A DNA stretch of 63,854 nt, filler included, from Bigelowiella natans CCMP2755 (taxonomy: Eukaryota > Protista > Cercozoa): NCBI GenBank assembly GCA_000320545.1. It is 9 parts of 9 records of this genome, joined end to end, with 100 filler letters (N's around TTAATTAATTAA, not from the genome) between each part and the next. Parts side by side here need not be neighbours in the genome. Positions count along the whole stretch, not along the records: positions 62,700 to 63,854 come from ADNK01001254.1; 8 more parts are not named here. One strand, written 5' to 3'. Made by a program: the position numbers and the translations under genes. Position 1 is the first letter of the stretch; the number at the start of each line of letters is the position of its first letter. This document shows positions 63,566 through 63,854 of this stretch, in pieces. The notes below the pieces were generated by a model, which was given only the letters and a program-made list of their open reading frames with translations, did not search any database and was not told the DNA's origin.

Positions 63566-63661
63566 GAGGCTTATAATCGACATAAATCCCTCATCCTTTC
63601 TGACGCCCTTCACGGCAGCTACACGGTACTTCTTGAGCGCATCATTCATATTGTTGTGATC
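62917..63661 (-). CDS. BBS4: Bardet-Biedl syndrome 4 (BBSome TPR protein), internal exons
   Basis: [10 protein letters not shown] / [15 protein letters not shown] / [51 protein letters not shown]. Confidence 0.88.
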
Positions 63662-63854
63662 CTGATTAGTCGATTGGTCGTCAAGGCCAACCCACTATTA
63701 GCGACGCGCAACATGCAACGGAAGGGCGGGGGGGGGGGAGGGGGCTGGAACGTTCACACCCGTAGCCATTTGTCTGCCCAAAACAACGGTGAAATAGCCT
63801 ATTTCTACTTGCGAGAGAGCTGCTGCTGCTGCTGCTACGACAGACTCGCTGCGA

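Overview
Eukaryotic nuclear DNA: intron-dense, microsatellite-rich, with TTAGGG telomeres and a BBS4 cilia gene. A rhizarian/chlorarachniophyte-like protist is only a guess. The window is nine contigs joined by eight artificial 100-bp linkers (44 N + TTAATTAATTAA + 44 N), so adjacency across gaps means nothing. Recognisable content: two telomeric contig ends, a truncated and rearranged Ty3/Gypsy retrotransposon, and spliced genes for codanin-1-like, NCKX/SLC24, NHL-repeat, FBXO21-like, PhyH-family, ADP-ribosylhydrolase+ZnF-UBP, SPRY, mitochondrial carrier, BCKDH E1 alpha and beta (head-to-head) and BBS4 proteins, plus an ankyrin pseudogene. The strongest unexplained signal is two overlapping mutational signatures that occur almost only downstream of genes (subtelomeres and gaps between convergent 3' ends). 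(1) TpA is almost completely erased, apparently by TA->TG/CA, the reverse of fungal RIP. Surviving TAs sit almost only in CTA/TAG contexts. (2) Dense clusters of insertion scars have the form XXXX-CTAG-XXXX (4-bp direct duplication around CTAG); I count 17 exact cases in these zones, and one frameshifts the ankyrin gene. I know of no description of either signature. All counts were done by eye and need computational confirmation.
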